Shown: positions 10,352 to 18,322 of the stretch, piece by piece | Numbering within the stretch: the stretch's first letter is position 1 | How the letters are laid out: each line of letters begins with the position of its first letter | Assembly (NCBI RefSeq): GCF_000341395.1 | Contig: NC_020304.1 | Span: 2,430,001 to 2,462,000 of the forward strand | Length of the DNA stretch: 32,000 bases | Reading direction: 5' to 3' | From: Desulfocapsa sulfexigens DSM 10523 | GTDB lineage: Bacteria > Desulfobacterota > Desulfobulbia > Desulfobulbales > Desulfocapsaceae | The notes under the pieces: model-generated | What the model was told of the DNA's origin: nothing | The model's database searches: none | What the model saw: only the letters and a program-made list of their open reading frames with translations | Position numbers and translations under genes: made by a program

Positions 10352-10370
10352 AGGGGCTGTTTTTTTGCTA
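10352..10370 (+). promoter_or_regulatory. Possible sigma-54 promoter upstream of PEP-CTERM metalloprotease
   Basis: GGGGCTGTTTTTTTGCT: GG (10355-10356) and GC (10367-10368) separated by 10 nt with TTGCT at -12. The -24 element matches only partially. Confidence 0.3.
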
Positions 10371-10469
10371 TAATAACACACAATAGTTTTGCACATGATT
10401 CGAGAGGATGTTTAAGAAGAATCCAACAGAAACATTTGAGTCTGCTTTGTTGAGACCTTGGGGGATGAC

Positions 10470-11606
10470 ATGAGGAAAATTGTTATTTTAGTAACCTGTT
10501 GCTTTCTATTGGGTTTTAGCAATCGTGTCCATGCGCTGGAAATTTTATATAATGATCTGTCTGGTGGGGGCATTAATGCAATTCAGATGAGTGCTTTTAA
10601 TGAAGCCGCATCCTATTGGGAATCAATTTTTGTTGATAATGTCACCGTCCGTGTTGATATTGATATGCAGGCGTTAGGTACAGGAATTATAGGCAGCGCG
10701 CAATCCTATAAGGTTGATACATATTACGGAGATATCCGTAATGCCCTTGCAGGCGATGTTCGTTCAACGGATGATATTCTTGCTACAAGTAATCTTCAAA
10801 CAACTGATCACCTGAATGTTGTCGTTAATGATTTGTATGATGACAATCATGCCTGGATACTTAATTCTTCCAGCACCGTTGAAGTGAATTCTGAACTTTG
10901 GGTGAACAGGGCAAACTTGAAGGCCCTCAGCCTCTTAAATGATGATGGACAGGCTGATGCTTCCGTCTTGATGAGCAGTAACTTTTCTTTTGATTACGAT
11001 CGCAGTGATGGCATAGATAGTGATAAATTGGACTTTGCAGGAGTGATGGTGCATGAAATCGGTCACGCCCTCGGTTTTGTGAGTGGTGTTGATATTATGG
11101 ATTATTACGGATTGGATGGGCCTGGTAATGGCTCATGGGACTGGGGATGGAGTGGCGAAGGTAGCAGCAATACATTAGAAGATGAGGGATATTTCTCTGT
11201 TCTGGATCTGTTTCGATATTCCGATTATATAAACGAATACGAATCAGGTTCTCTGTTTGGGTATTTAGACTGGACCTATGAGTCTGTTGAAGGAGGGTGG
11301 GGAGACTCGTATTTTTCCTTCGATGGAGGAACCACAAATCTGGCACCGTTTTCTACCGGCAGATATAATGGAGACGGTTATCAGGCTAGCCATTGGGAAG
11401 ATGACCTTGGTTTGGGGCGTATGGATCCGACTACGGCATACGGAGAATATTATGATTTCCTGACACCACTTGATCTCCGAGCATTTGATGTTATTGGCTG
11501 GGATTTATCTGTGACCGACCCGGTTCCAGAACCAACAACTTTATTACTTTTTGGGGCTGGACTCTCCGGGCTGATTTATGTCAGAAGCAGGAAAAAGAGA
11601 AAATAA
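10470..11606 (+). CDS. PEP-CTERM-sorted zinc metalloprotease (NF038122-like)
   Basis: Signal peptide 'MRKIVILVTCCFLLGFSNRVHA', zinc motif 'VMVHEIGHALGF', C-terminal 'VPEPTTLLLFGAGLSGLIYVRSRKKRK'. Listed start (10458) is a TTG; ATG at 10470 is more likely. Confidence 0.9.
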   Translation: MRKIVILVTCCFLLGFSNRVHALEILYNDLSGGGINAIQMSAFNEAASYWESIFVDNVTVRVDIDMQALGTGIIGSAQSYKVDTYYGDIRNALAGDVRSTDDILATSNLQTTDHLNVVVNDLYDDNHAWILNSSSTVEVNSELWVNRANLKALSLLNDDGQADASVLMSSNFSFDYDRSDGIDSDKLDFAGVMVHEIGHALGFVSGVDIMDYYGLDGPGNGSWDWGWSGEGSSNTLEDEGYFSVLDLFRYSDYINEYESGSLFGYLDWTYESVEGGWGDSYFSFDGGTTNLAPFSTGRYNGDGYQASHWEDDLGLGRMDPTTAYGEYYDFLTPLDLRAFDVIGWDLSVTDPVPEPTTLLLFGAGLSGLIYVRSRKKRK

Positions 11607-11637
11607 ATTACTTTTCACCCTATCGTGTAATTCAAAG

Positions 11638-11670
11638 GGCAGAGCCATTCAGTTGGTTCTGTCTTTTTTT
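11638..11670 (+). terminator. Rho-independent terminator
   Basis: GGCAGAGCCA-TTCAGT-TGGTTCTGTC (10 bp including GU pairs) followed by 7 T. Confidence 0.8.
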
Positions 11671-11755
11671 GTTTTCTTACTTTTATTATCCCCCATTCTT
11701 CCTTATTAGAACTGTTGTTACGAGTTCTAGCGTCAGTGGGTTGCTGGAGTGAGCC

Positions 11756-11790
11756 ATAAAAAAAGGCAGAATCATCGAAATGAGACTGCC
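11756..11790 (-). terminator. Rho-independent terminator for the minus-strand PEP-CTERM gene
   Basis: On the minus strand: GGCAGTCTCAT-TTCG-ATGATTCTGCC followed by TTTTTTT. Confidence 0.75.
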
Positions 11791-11816
11791 CTTGAAAGTG
11801 GAAAAGCTAAAGGTGA

Positions 11817-12512
11817 CTACTTTTTCTTTTTACGAAATCTCAAGCTTGAAAGACCAACCAGTCCGGTACCGAAGAGAAGCATAGTTGCAGGTTCGGGGAC
11901 GGGGGCATTGCCTACTGCAATATTGTCTATCTCAAAAGCCAAACTGGTACTAGTCAGCACAAAACTATCAAATCGTTCCAGGTCTAAAAAGTTCACATAG
12001 ACATTGGTGGAAGGTGCCGTTTGGTTACCATATTCATCATTCCCGTTTTTGATATCTGAACCAGTAAACGATTGTGTCAATGTGGAACCATTGAAAAATG
12101 AAATAGTATTATATGTATCCACCGACCCCCACCAAAGACCAAAGTAGTCATAGGTCGCACCAAGTTGTGCTGTGATACTTCCTGAACTGCTGGGGTTAGG
12201 CACCGAAAGGTAGTTTGATTGGTCTCTGGAAGTAGTTCCAAATGGAGCAGCATATTGACCACTGGCAGAGCCGTTTACAACATTTGCACTTCCAGTCCAG
12301 GTCCAGGACTGATCTAAAGAACCTGACGGTGCTGTATTGATGGGTGCCTGATTAAATGTTTCTATTAAGAAATTATCAAAGTATGTATAAACTGACGTCT
12401 TATCTGCATCACTATCTTGGCTGAAATAATTAATAGTAGTAGCGTTTACACTAGAGGTTAGACTCAAAAAAAACACCCCTGTTATAGCTGTTAGATAAAT
12501 TTTCTTTGTCAT
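11817..12512 (-). CDS. PEP-CTERM sorting domain-containing protein
   Basis: N-terminal signal peptide, low-complexity secreted-type domain, C-terminal 'APVPEPATMLLFGTGLVGLSSLRFRKKKK'. Confidence 0.92.
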   Translation of the reverse strand: MTKKIYLTAITGVFFLSLTSSVNATTINYFSQDSDADKTSVYTYFDNFLIETFNQAPINTAPSGSLDQSWTWTGSANVVNGSASGQYAAPFGTTSRDQSNYLSVPNPSSSGSITAQLGATYDYFGLWWGSVDTYNTISFFNGSTLTQSFTGSDIKNGNDEYGNQTAPSTNVYVNFLDLERFDSFVLTSTSLAFEIDNIAVGNAPVPEPATMLLFGTGLVGLSSLRFRKKKK

Positions 12513-12815
12513 TGGTAACTCTCCATTTTACTAAATATGACGTGTATCGCATTCCATACAAGAATGTATATTATCATAAGATCCAATATCGCAACAGTAA
12601 AGCACTGTTTTGCGGTGTAGGTTAAAATAGGTGATCTGACTAGTTGCTGTAGAACTCTGATAAAATAAAAATAGGATAATAATCAGGGGGAAGCATAAGC
12701 CTTTTCGTGGAAACCCGACAGAGTCGTTTTTTGCTGGTTACTTGACGAAGATGAATCTTTGATGATATTAGTAAGCATAAGTGTTTCTTTATCAAAAACG
12801 TATCAGGAGGATAAT

Positions 12816-13442
12816 ATGTTACGAACAATTTCCTTTATTCTGGTTACCCTGTTTCTCTCCCCAATCCTTGTCCAAAGTGCCCCTATTGATGCAGTATGGA
12901 AGAGTGTTCAGGCTCCGGAAAATCCTGAATTGTCTTCCGTGACTATAAGCCCGGGTGATACGGCTCTGCTTATTCTTGATATTGAAGAATTGACCTGCAA
13001 TATGGAGCGACGACCCAGGTGTCTGGAAACCGTTCCCCGTATTGCTGACCTTATGGCTCGTGCTCGAAAAGCCGGAGTGGCAGTAATCTATAGCCTGACT
13101 CCCAAGGGAACTCCCGAGACTATATTGCCATCAGTTACACCTCGAAATGGAGAAGCAATAGTCCAGTCGTCTGTGGATAAATTCTGGAAAACTGACCTGG
13201 AAAAGATTCTTCAGGAGAAGAACATAGCTAAAGTTATAATCACAGGAACGGCCGCCCATGGCGCTGTTATGCACACGGCAACGGCTGCCGGATTCCGAGG
13301 GCTTGATGTTATTCTCCCAGTGGATTGTCTGTCAGCAGCGGATCTTTATACGGAACAGGCGACTGTGCAACTGCTGAAAACCGGTCCTGGAACCAGAAAG
13401 CGGATAACCATGACCAGTAGTCCTCTGATCACTTTCCCCTGA
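12816..13442 (+). CDS. Exported isochorismatase/cysteine-hydrolase-fold protein, probably missing catalytic residues
   Basis: Start ATG 12816 with AGGAGG at 12805-12810; signal peptide 'MLRTISFILVTLFLSPILVQSA'; fold motifs 'ALLILDIEE', 'FWKTDLEKIL', 'IITGTAAHGAVMHTATAAGFRGLDVILPVDCLSA'. Confidence 0.85.
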   Translation: MLRTISFILVTLFLSPILVQSAPIDAVWKSVQAPENPELSSVTISPGDTALLILDIEELTCNMERRPRCLETVPRIADLMARARKAGVAVIYSLTPKGTPETILPSVTPRNGEAIVQSSVDKFWKTDLEKILQEKNIAKVIITGTAAHGAVMHTATAAGFRGLDVILPVDCLSAADLYTEQATVQLLKTGPGTRKRITMTSSPLITFP

Positions 13443-13522
13443 TTAGGGGTAAAGGAAGAGAGGGCATCTGGTAGCAGTATGTAACTACTGTGTTATAGAA
13501 TACCTTTGATCAAGGAGAGTGT

Positions 13523-13867
13523 ATGATTTTACAAAATTTTCCTGAAGCAGTTAAAGAGTTTGCCATCCAGGTCTATCAGAAACCTGAAAATGAGAAGGAT
13601 TTACGCCGAACCCATGTCTCCTTCAGCGGCACTCCACAGAAACATCCCTATGATAAAGATAAAGTTATCCTGGTAATAGATCCCTACAGCAGTAATGTTT
13701 CTTATTTCGAGTTTTTAACTCGTGATATATCGTTTGTGGAGGATTTGACCAACATGGTGGACACCGCCGGTAATGTCATTCCCTTTATGCGACTCTGGGT
13801 CAAAAAAGAAAGTATTGGGATTCGGTCGACACCATTTGTAGTGGCTGATACCAGAGGTGTTCTGTAA
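13523..13867 (+). CDS. Hypothetical protein (114 aa)
   Basis: ORF preceded by AAGGAGAG about 8 nt upstream of the ATG; no recognised domain. Confidence 0.65.
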   Translation: MILQNFPEAVKEFAIQVYQKPENEKDLRRTHVSFSGTPQKHPYDKDKVILVIDPYSSNVSYFEFLTRDISFVEDLTNMVDTAGNVIPFMRLWVKKESIGIRSTPFVVADTRGVL

Positions 13868-13954
13868 AGAAAAAAGAAGTGACAGCGGTCACAATACTTA
13901 CAGCTGGGTGCAGAGAGAGGTAACTTCCTCCCCCTTAAAGGGGGGAGTGCCGGT

Positions 13955-14770
13955 TTAGCCCAGTGATACATCAAGTATCATCATCACTGAAAAACCAAGC
14001 ATCGTTGCCATTGTAACCATATCAATGTTTTCGTAGCTTCTCTGAGATTCTGGAATAAGTTCCTCCACCACAACAAAGATCATTGCCCCGGCAGCAAAAC
14101 AAAGAGCATAGGGGAGGATGTTCTGCATTTTCAGGACAAAAAGTGCACCCGCCACCCCGGCAATAGGTTCTACTATGCCTGAAGACTGACCGAGGAGGAA
14201 ACTTTTCCACTTGGACATGCCTTCTCTTCTCAGCGGCATCGATACAGCGGAACCTTCGGGGAAATTCTGAATTCCGATGCCAATAGCCAGGGCAATTGCT
14301 CCTCCGATCGATGCAGCGGGAAGCCCTGCTGCCACGGCGCCGAAAGCGACACCAACAGCAAGCCCTTCGGGGATGTTGTGAAGGGTTATGGCGAGAACCA
14401 GGAGAGTACTGCGCTGCCACGATGTTTTTATTCCCTCACTTTTTTCAATGCTGAGACTCGGATGGAGATGTGGCAGGAATGCATCGATTGTTCGCATGAA
14501 AATCCCACCTCCCATAAAGCCGATAACTGCGGTGAGCCAGGGCGTTTGGCCCAGTTGGTCTGCCATCTCTATACCAGGTGCCAGTAGAGACCAGAAACTG
14601 GCTGCAATCATTACTCCTGCAGCAAAACCCAGCATGGAGTCCATCAGCTTTTTATCCACTGCCCTTGTGAAAAAAACAAGTGCCGCCCCTGCGGCAGTAA
14701 CACCCCAGGTGAAGAGCGTTGCAAAGAAGGCCTGGGTAACTGGATTGAACTGTTGTATGAATTCTATCAT
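13955..14770 (-). CDS. ZIP family divalent metal transporter
   Basis: 'HNIPEGLAVGVAFG' and 'GIGIQNFPEGSAVSMPLRREGMSKWKSFLLGQSSGIVEPIAGVAGA' are signature ZIP TM4/TM5 motifs. Confidence 0.95.
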   Translation of the reverse strand: MIEFIQQFNPVTQAFFATLFTWGVTAAGAALVFFTRAVDKKLMDSMLGFAAGVMIAASFWSLLAPGIEMADQLGQTPWLTAVIGFMGGGIFMRTIDAFLPHLHPSLSIEKSEGIKTSWQRSTLLVLAITLHNIPEGLAVGVAFGAVAAGLPAASIGGAIALAIGIGIQNFPEGSAVSMPLRREGMSKWKSFLLGQSSGIVEPIAGVAGALFVLKMQNILPYALCFAAGAMIFVVVEELIPESQRSYENIDMVTMATMLGFSVMMILDVSLG

Positions 14771-14982
14771 TTTGGATTCGGTCGCTCCCTACGTATTTTT
14801 TGTGAAGTCAGAAGATGTCGAGATTATTGGATATGTCCACAGCATGTGGTGCTGCCGTAGGTGGTTGTGCCAATATGTTGTGGTTGATCGTTGACTCCAG
14901 TGTCTCTTTATGATAAACTAAAACAGTGGTTGTAAAAAGGTATTTTTTTTCTTGAATCTCTATTTGTTGATGGAGGCATTCC

Positions 14983-15159
14983 ATGAAAAAATGGCACCTT
15001 GAGGGAGTCTGTTCCCGTGTTACTCCCAGAAAGCTTGTCCTTCCTGATCCCGGTCAATCTGCTTTTTATCGCTCTGTTTCCTTTTCTGAATTTTCAAAAG
15101 AATCTAAAGTTACATTGGCTTGCAGAAAGGTTGCTGTGTTTTTTATTCGTTTTTTTTAG
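14983..15159 (+). CDS. Possible small ORF (58 aa) upstream of the radical SAM gene
   Basis: ATG at 14983 with GGAGG at 14972-14976; encodes MKKWHLEGVCSRVTPRKLVLPDPGQSAFYRSVSFSEFSKESKVTLACRKVAVFFIRFF. Below the 60-aa track cutoff. Confidence 0.3.
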   Translation: MKKWHLEGVCSRVTPRKLVLPDPGQSAFYRSVSFSEFSKESKVTLACRKVAVFFIRFF

Positions 15160-15164
15160 GGGGG

Positions 15165-16181
15165 ATGATGAAAGAAGCGCTTCTCTATCAGAAGGAATCA
15201 AACGATCGGGTTACCTGCTTGCTTTGCAGTCATAACTGCTCCATTGCCAACCATCGTCGGGGCCTTTGTGGGGTTCGTGAAAACAAAGGTGGTGTGCTCT
15301 ACAGTCTGGTGTATGGGAAAGTAATTGCCGAACATATAGATCCCATTGAGAAAAAACCACTTTTTCATGTTCTTCCCGGAAGCAGAAGCTTATCTATTGC
15401 GACTGTGGGCTGTAATTTTTCCTGTCGCCATTGCCAGAATGCCTCTATTTCACAACCAGGTTCTTTCAGCAGTGATGCTGTGCCAGGGGTCGCGAAAAGT
15501 CCGGAAGCTGTTGTGGAGAGTGCCCTTGCAGCAGGATGTAACTCTATCAGTTATACCTATGTGGAACCGACGATCTTTTTCGAATATGCTTATGACTGTA
15601 TGAGTCTTGCAAAAAGAGAGGGGCTTAAAAATTGTTTTGTTTCCAATGGCTATATGAGTAAACCTGCAACTGAACTGCTGACCCCAGTGCTGGATGCTAT
15701 CAATATTGACCTGAAATCCTATCGGAATGAATTTTATAAAACTGTCTGTGGAGCACGGTTGCAGCCGGTACTGGATAGTATTCGAAGAATGCATGATGCC
15801 GGGGTTTGGGTGGAGGTTACGACTCTGTTAATTCCAGGCTTGAATGACAGCGACGAAGAGTTACGACAGATTGCTGATTTTCTGGTCTCAATTGATAAAT
15901 CGATCCCCTGGCATGTCACCGGGTTTTTCCCTACCTACAAATTAACCGATCGACCTCCAACCAGTTTAGAAAGTCTTGAGCATGCACGTGAAATTGGAAT
16001 AGCTCAGGGGCTGCAGTATGTGTACGCAGGGAACAGGCCCGGAAAGGGTGGTGAGAATAGTTCCTGCCCATCCTGCGGTTTTGAAGTGATCCTGCGCCAT
16101 GGATTTTTCATTCAAAAAAATAACCTTATTCAGGGGAAATGTCCCTCCTGTAACTCCTCAATTGCTGGAATATGGGAATAA
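15165..16181 (+). CDS. amrS: AmmeMemoRadiSam-system radical SAM enzyme (AmrS-like)
   Basis: 'CLLCSHNCSIANHRRGLCGVRENKGG', 'VGCNFSCRHCQNASISQ' (CxxxCxxC), 'YTYVEPTIFFEYAYD', C-terminal CPSC...CPSC. Start 15165 preferred (GGGGGG upstream). Confidence 0.92.
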   Translation: MMKEALLYQKESNDRVTCLLCSHNCSIANHRRGLCGVRENKGGVLYSLVYGKVIAEHIDPIEKKPLFHVLPGSRSLSIATVGCNFSCRHCQNASISQPGSFSSDAVPGVAKSPEAVVESALAAGCNSISYTYVEPTIFFEYAYDCMSLAKREGLKNCFVSNGYMSKPATELLTPVLDAINIDLKSYRNEFYKTVCGARLQPVLDSIRRMHDAGVWVEVTTLLIPGLNDSDEELRQIADFLVSIDKSIPWHVTGFFPTYKLTDRPPTSLESLEHAREIGIAQGLQYVYAGNRPGKGGENSSCPSCGFEVILRHGFFIQKNNLIQGKCPSCNSSIAGIWE

Positions 16182-16300
16182 AGTCATCCCATTGCTGATT
16201 TTTTACTTGCGTTTATTTGTGGCCAGCGACTAGCCTTCAGTGTAGGTTTCTCTGACGTACAATACCATTCATCAACAATACTCCTGAAGAGGGTTATCAA

Positions 16301-16957
16301 ATGAAATTGTTATGTAAAGATGTTCTGTTTTTCTGTTCCTGTGTTTATATGCTTTTTGCTCTGACAGCCTGTTCCAGCACCTACTATGGTGCTATGGAGA
16401 AAGTTGGCGTACATAAACGTGATATCCTGGTCGATCGCGTGGAGGATGGCCGCGACTCTCAACAGCAGGCTCAGAAGCAATTTCAATCGGCTCTGCAACA
16501 GTTTGATTCAGTCGTAAAACTCGAAGAGACGGATCTGAAGAAGGCCTATGATAAACTTAATAAAGAGTACGAGAAGAGCAAAAAAGCTGCCGATGATGTC
16601 TCCATCCGGATTGGTAAAATTGAATCTGTTGCCAATGCATTGTTTAAAGAGTGGAAGAGTGAGCTGAAACAGTATGAAAGTAAAGAACTGCGACGCTCCA
16701 GTGAAGAGCAGTTAGAAAATACCAAAACACGTTACAATGAAATGCTTGCTACCATGAAGGCAGCAGAACAGACCATGGAACCGGTTCTGAAAATATTTCA
16801 CGATAATGTACTCTTTTTGAAACACAACCTGAATGCCCAGGCCATTGGTTCCCTGCAGTCTGAATTCACCAATCTTGAAGGACAGATTGGAGAGTTGATT
16901 CAGTCTATGAATGTGGCCATTGAATCATCCAATAAATTTATCGCAGATCTCAAATAA
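16301..16957 (+). CDS. DUF2959-like coiled-coil lipoprotein
   Basis: Lipobox-like 'FALTACSSTYYGAMEKVGVHKRDILVDRVEDGRDSQQQAQKQF', characteristic of DUF2959. Confidence 0.85.
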   Translation: MKLLCKDVLFFCSCVYMLFALTACSSTYYGAMEKVGVHKRDILVDRVEDGRDSQQQAQKQFQSALQQFDSVVKLEETDLKKAYDKLNKEYEKSKKAADDVSIRIGKIESVANALFKEWKSELKQYESKELRRSSEEQLENTKTRYNEMLATMKAAEQTMEPVLKIFHDNVLFLKHNLNAQAIGSLQSEFTNLEGQIGELIQSMNVAIESSNKFIADLK

Positions 16958-16965
16958 TCCCCATT

Positions 16966-18315
16966 ATGCCTATTCAAACACATTCAATTGTTGCCCTCGT
17001 TGGTCGCCCCAATGTTGGAAAATCGACCCTGTTTAACCGTATAACACGCTCAAGAAAGGCGCTTGTTGACCCTACTCCCGGTGTTACACGTGACCGCCAT
17101 TACGAAAAGGTCGTATGGAACGACAAGCTTTTCATGCTCGTTGATACAGGCGGTATAGAGGATGCAAGCGGTGATACCATGGGCGGACATATCCGAAACC
17201 AGGCTCTTGCTGCCATTGAGGAAGCGGATATCATACTCTTTGTGCTTGATGGTCGTGAAGGCGTAACACCTGCTGACAAGGAAGTGGCAAACCTTTTACG
17301 GCGAACAGATAAAACCATTTTCTACGTGATCAATAAAATTGACGGTCCTGAGCAGGAAACCGAGCAGATGGCTCAGTTTTATGAGTTGGGAGTAAATGAA
17401 TTATGGGCGGTGTCTGCCGAGCATAAATATGGTTTCCATACCTTAATGGATGCACTCGATGAGAGCCTTCTTGAAAGTGATGATGAGATTGATCTTCCCG
17501 ATGGGACGGTAAAAGTTGCATTTTTTGGACGACCCAACGTTGGAAAATCTTCCATGATAAACCGGATTCTGGGACACGACCGAATGGTGGTCTCCGAAGT
17601 TTCCGGTACGACACGGGATTCCGTGGATACTCTGCTGACACATGGGAAATATAACTATCTCCTGATCGATACTGCTGGTATCAGAAGGAAGGGTAAGACT
17701 AAAGAAAAACTGGAAAAATTTTCCATCCTCAAGGCTCTGGCAGCCCTTGAGAAATGCGATATTGCTGTTGTTCTCATTGATGCCGAGGAAGGAATCACCG
17801 AGCAGGATACCAAGGTGATTGGTTATACTCAGGAGCAGGGCAGGGGACTAATTCTGCTTGTGAATAAGTGGGATCTGGTGAAGGATGACAAAGAGCGTCA
17901 GAAACAGATTATGGGAGAAATTGCTCTCGCTGTCCCCTTTGTCGGATTTGCACCTCTCCTCACAGCTTCAGCCCTTACAGGCTATGGAATTAAACGACTT
18001 TTTCCCACAATAGGTTCCGTGTATCGGCAATTTACCTCTGTATTTCCGACATCTGCTCTCAACCGACTGTTACAGGATGCAGTTGAGGATCATTCGCCAC
18101 CAATTTATAAGAATAAACGCCTGAAGTTTTATTATACCTCCCAGGTTGGAAGCAGGCCTCCAAAGTTTGTCATCATGAGTAACAGTTCCAAAGGGGTTCA
18201 TTTTTCTTATGAACGATATCTGACAAACAGATTTCGCGATGGACTTGGCTTGGATAAGGTTCCTATTCAACTGTATATCCGCGACAAAAACAGAGATAAA
18301 AAAGGAAAAAAATAG
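16966..18315 (+). CDS. der: Ribosome biogenesis GTPase Der (EngA)
   Basis: Two tandem GTPase domains ('GRPNVGKSTLFNRITRSRKALVDPTPGVTRDR', 'GRPNVGKSSMINRILGHDRMVVSEVSGTTRDSVDT') and KH-like C-terminus. Confidence 0.98.
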   Translation: MPIQTHSIVALVGRPNVGKSTLFNRITRSRKALVDPTPGVTRDRHYEKVVWNDKLFMLVDTGGIEDASGDTMGGHIRNQALAAIEEADIILFVLDGREGVTPADKEVANLLRRTDKTIFYVINKIDGPEQETEQMAQFYELGVNELWAVSAEHKYGFHTLMDALDESLLESDDEIDLPDGTVKVAFFGRPNVGKSSMINRILGHDRMVVSEVSGTTRDSVDTLLTHGKYNYLLIDTAGIRRKGKTKEKLEKFSILKALAALEKCDIAVVLIDAEEGITEQDTKVIGYTQEQGRGLILLVNKWDLVKDDKERQKQIMGEIALAVPFVGFAPLLTASALTGYGIKRLFPTIGSVYRQFTSVFPTSALNRLLQDAVEDHSPPIYKNKRLKFYYTSQVGSRPPKFVIMSNSSKGVHFSYERYLTNRFRDGLGLDKVPIQLYIRDKNRDKKGKK

Positions 18316-18322
18316 TTTACTT

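Noticed and set aside
11749-12000. 83-aa plus-strand ORF over the end of the PEP-CTERM gene
   Set aside because: Starts within the terminator region of the minus-strand gene and is antisense to its coding end.
12513-12758. Possible riboswitch-like leader upstream of the exported isochorismatase-like gene
   Set aside because: I compared it by eye with the c-di-GMP-I pattern and found no matching conserved core.
13928-13947. CTCCCCC-TTAAAG-GGGGGAG hairpin between convergent genes
   Set aside because: Could be a transcription barrier but has no U tract on either strand; too little evidence to call it a terminator.
14022-14894. ORFs 14022..14420 (-) and 14388..14894 (+) overlapping the ZIP transporter
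   Set aside because: Alternative-frame readings of the ZIP gene, which has unmistakable family motifs.
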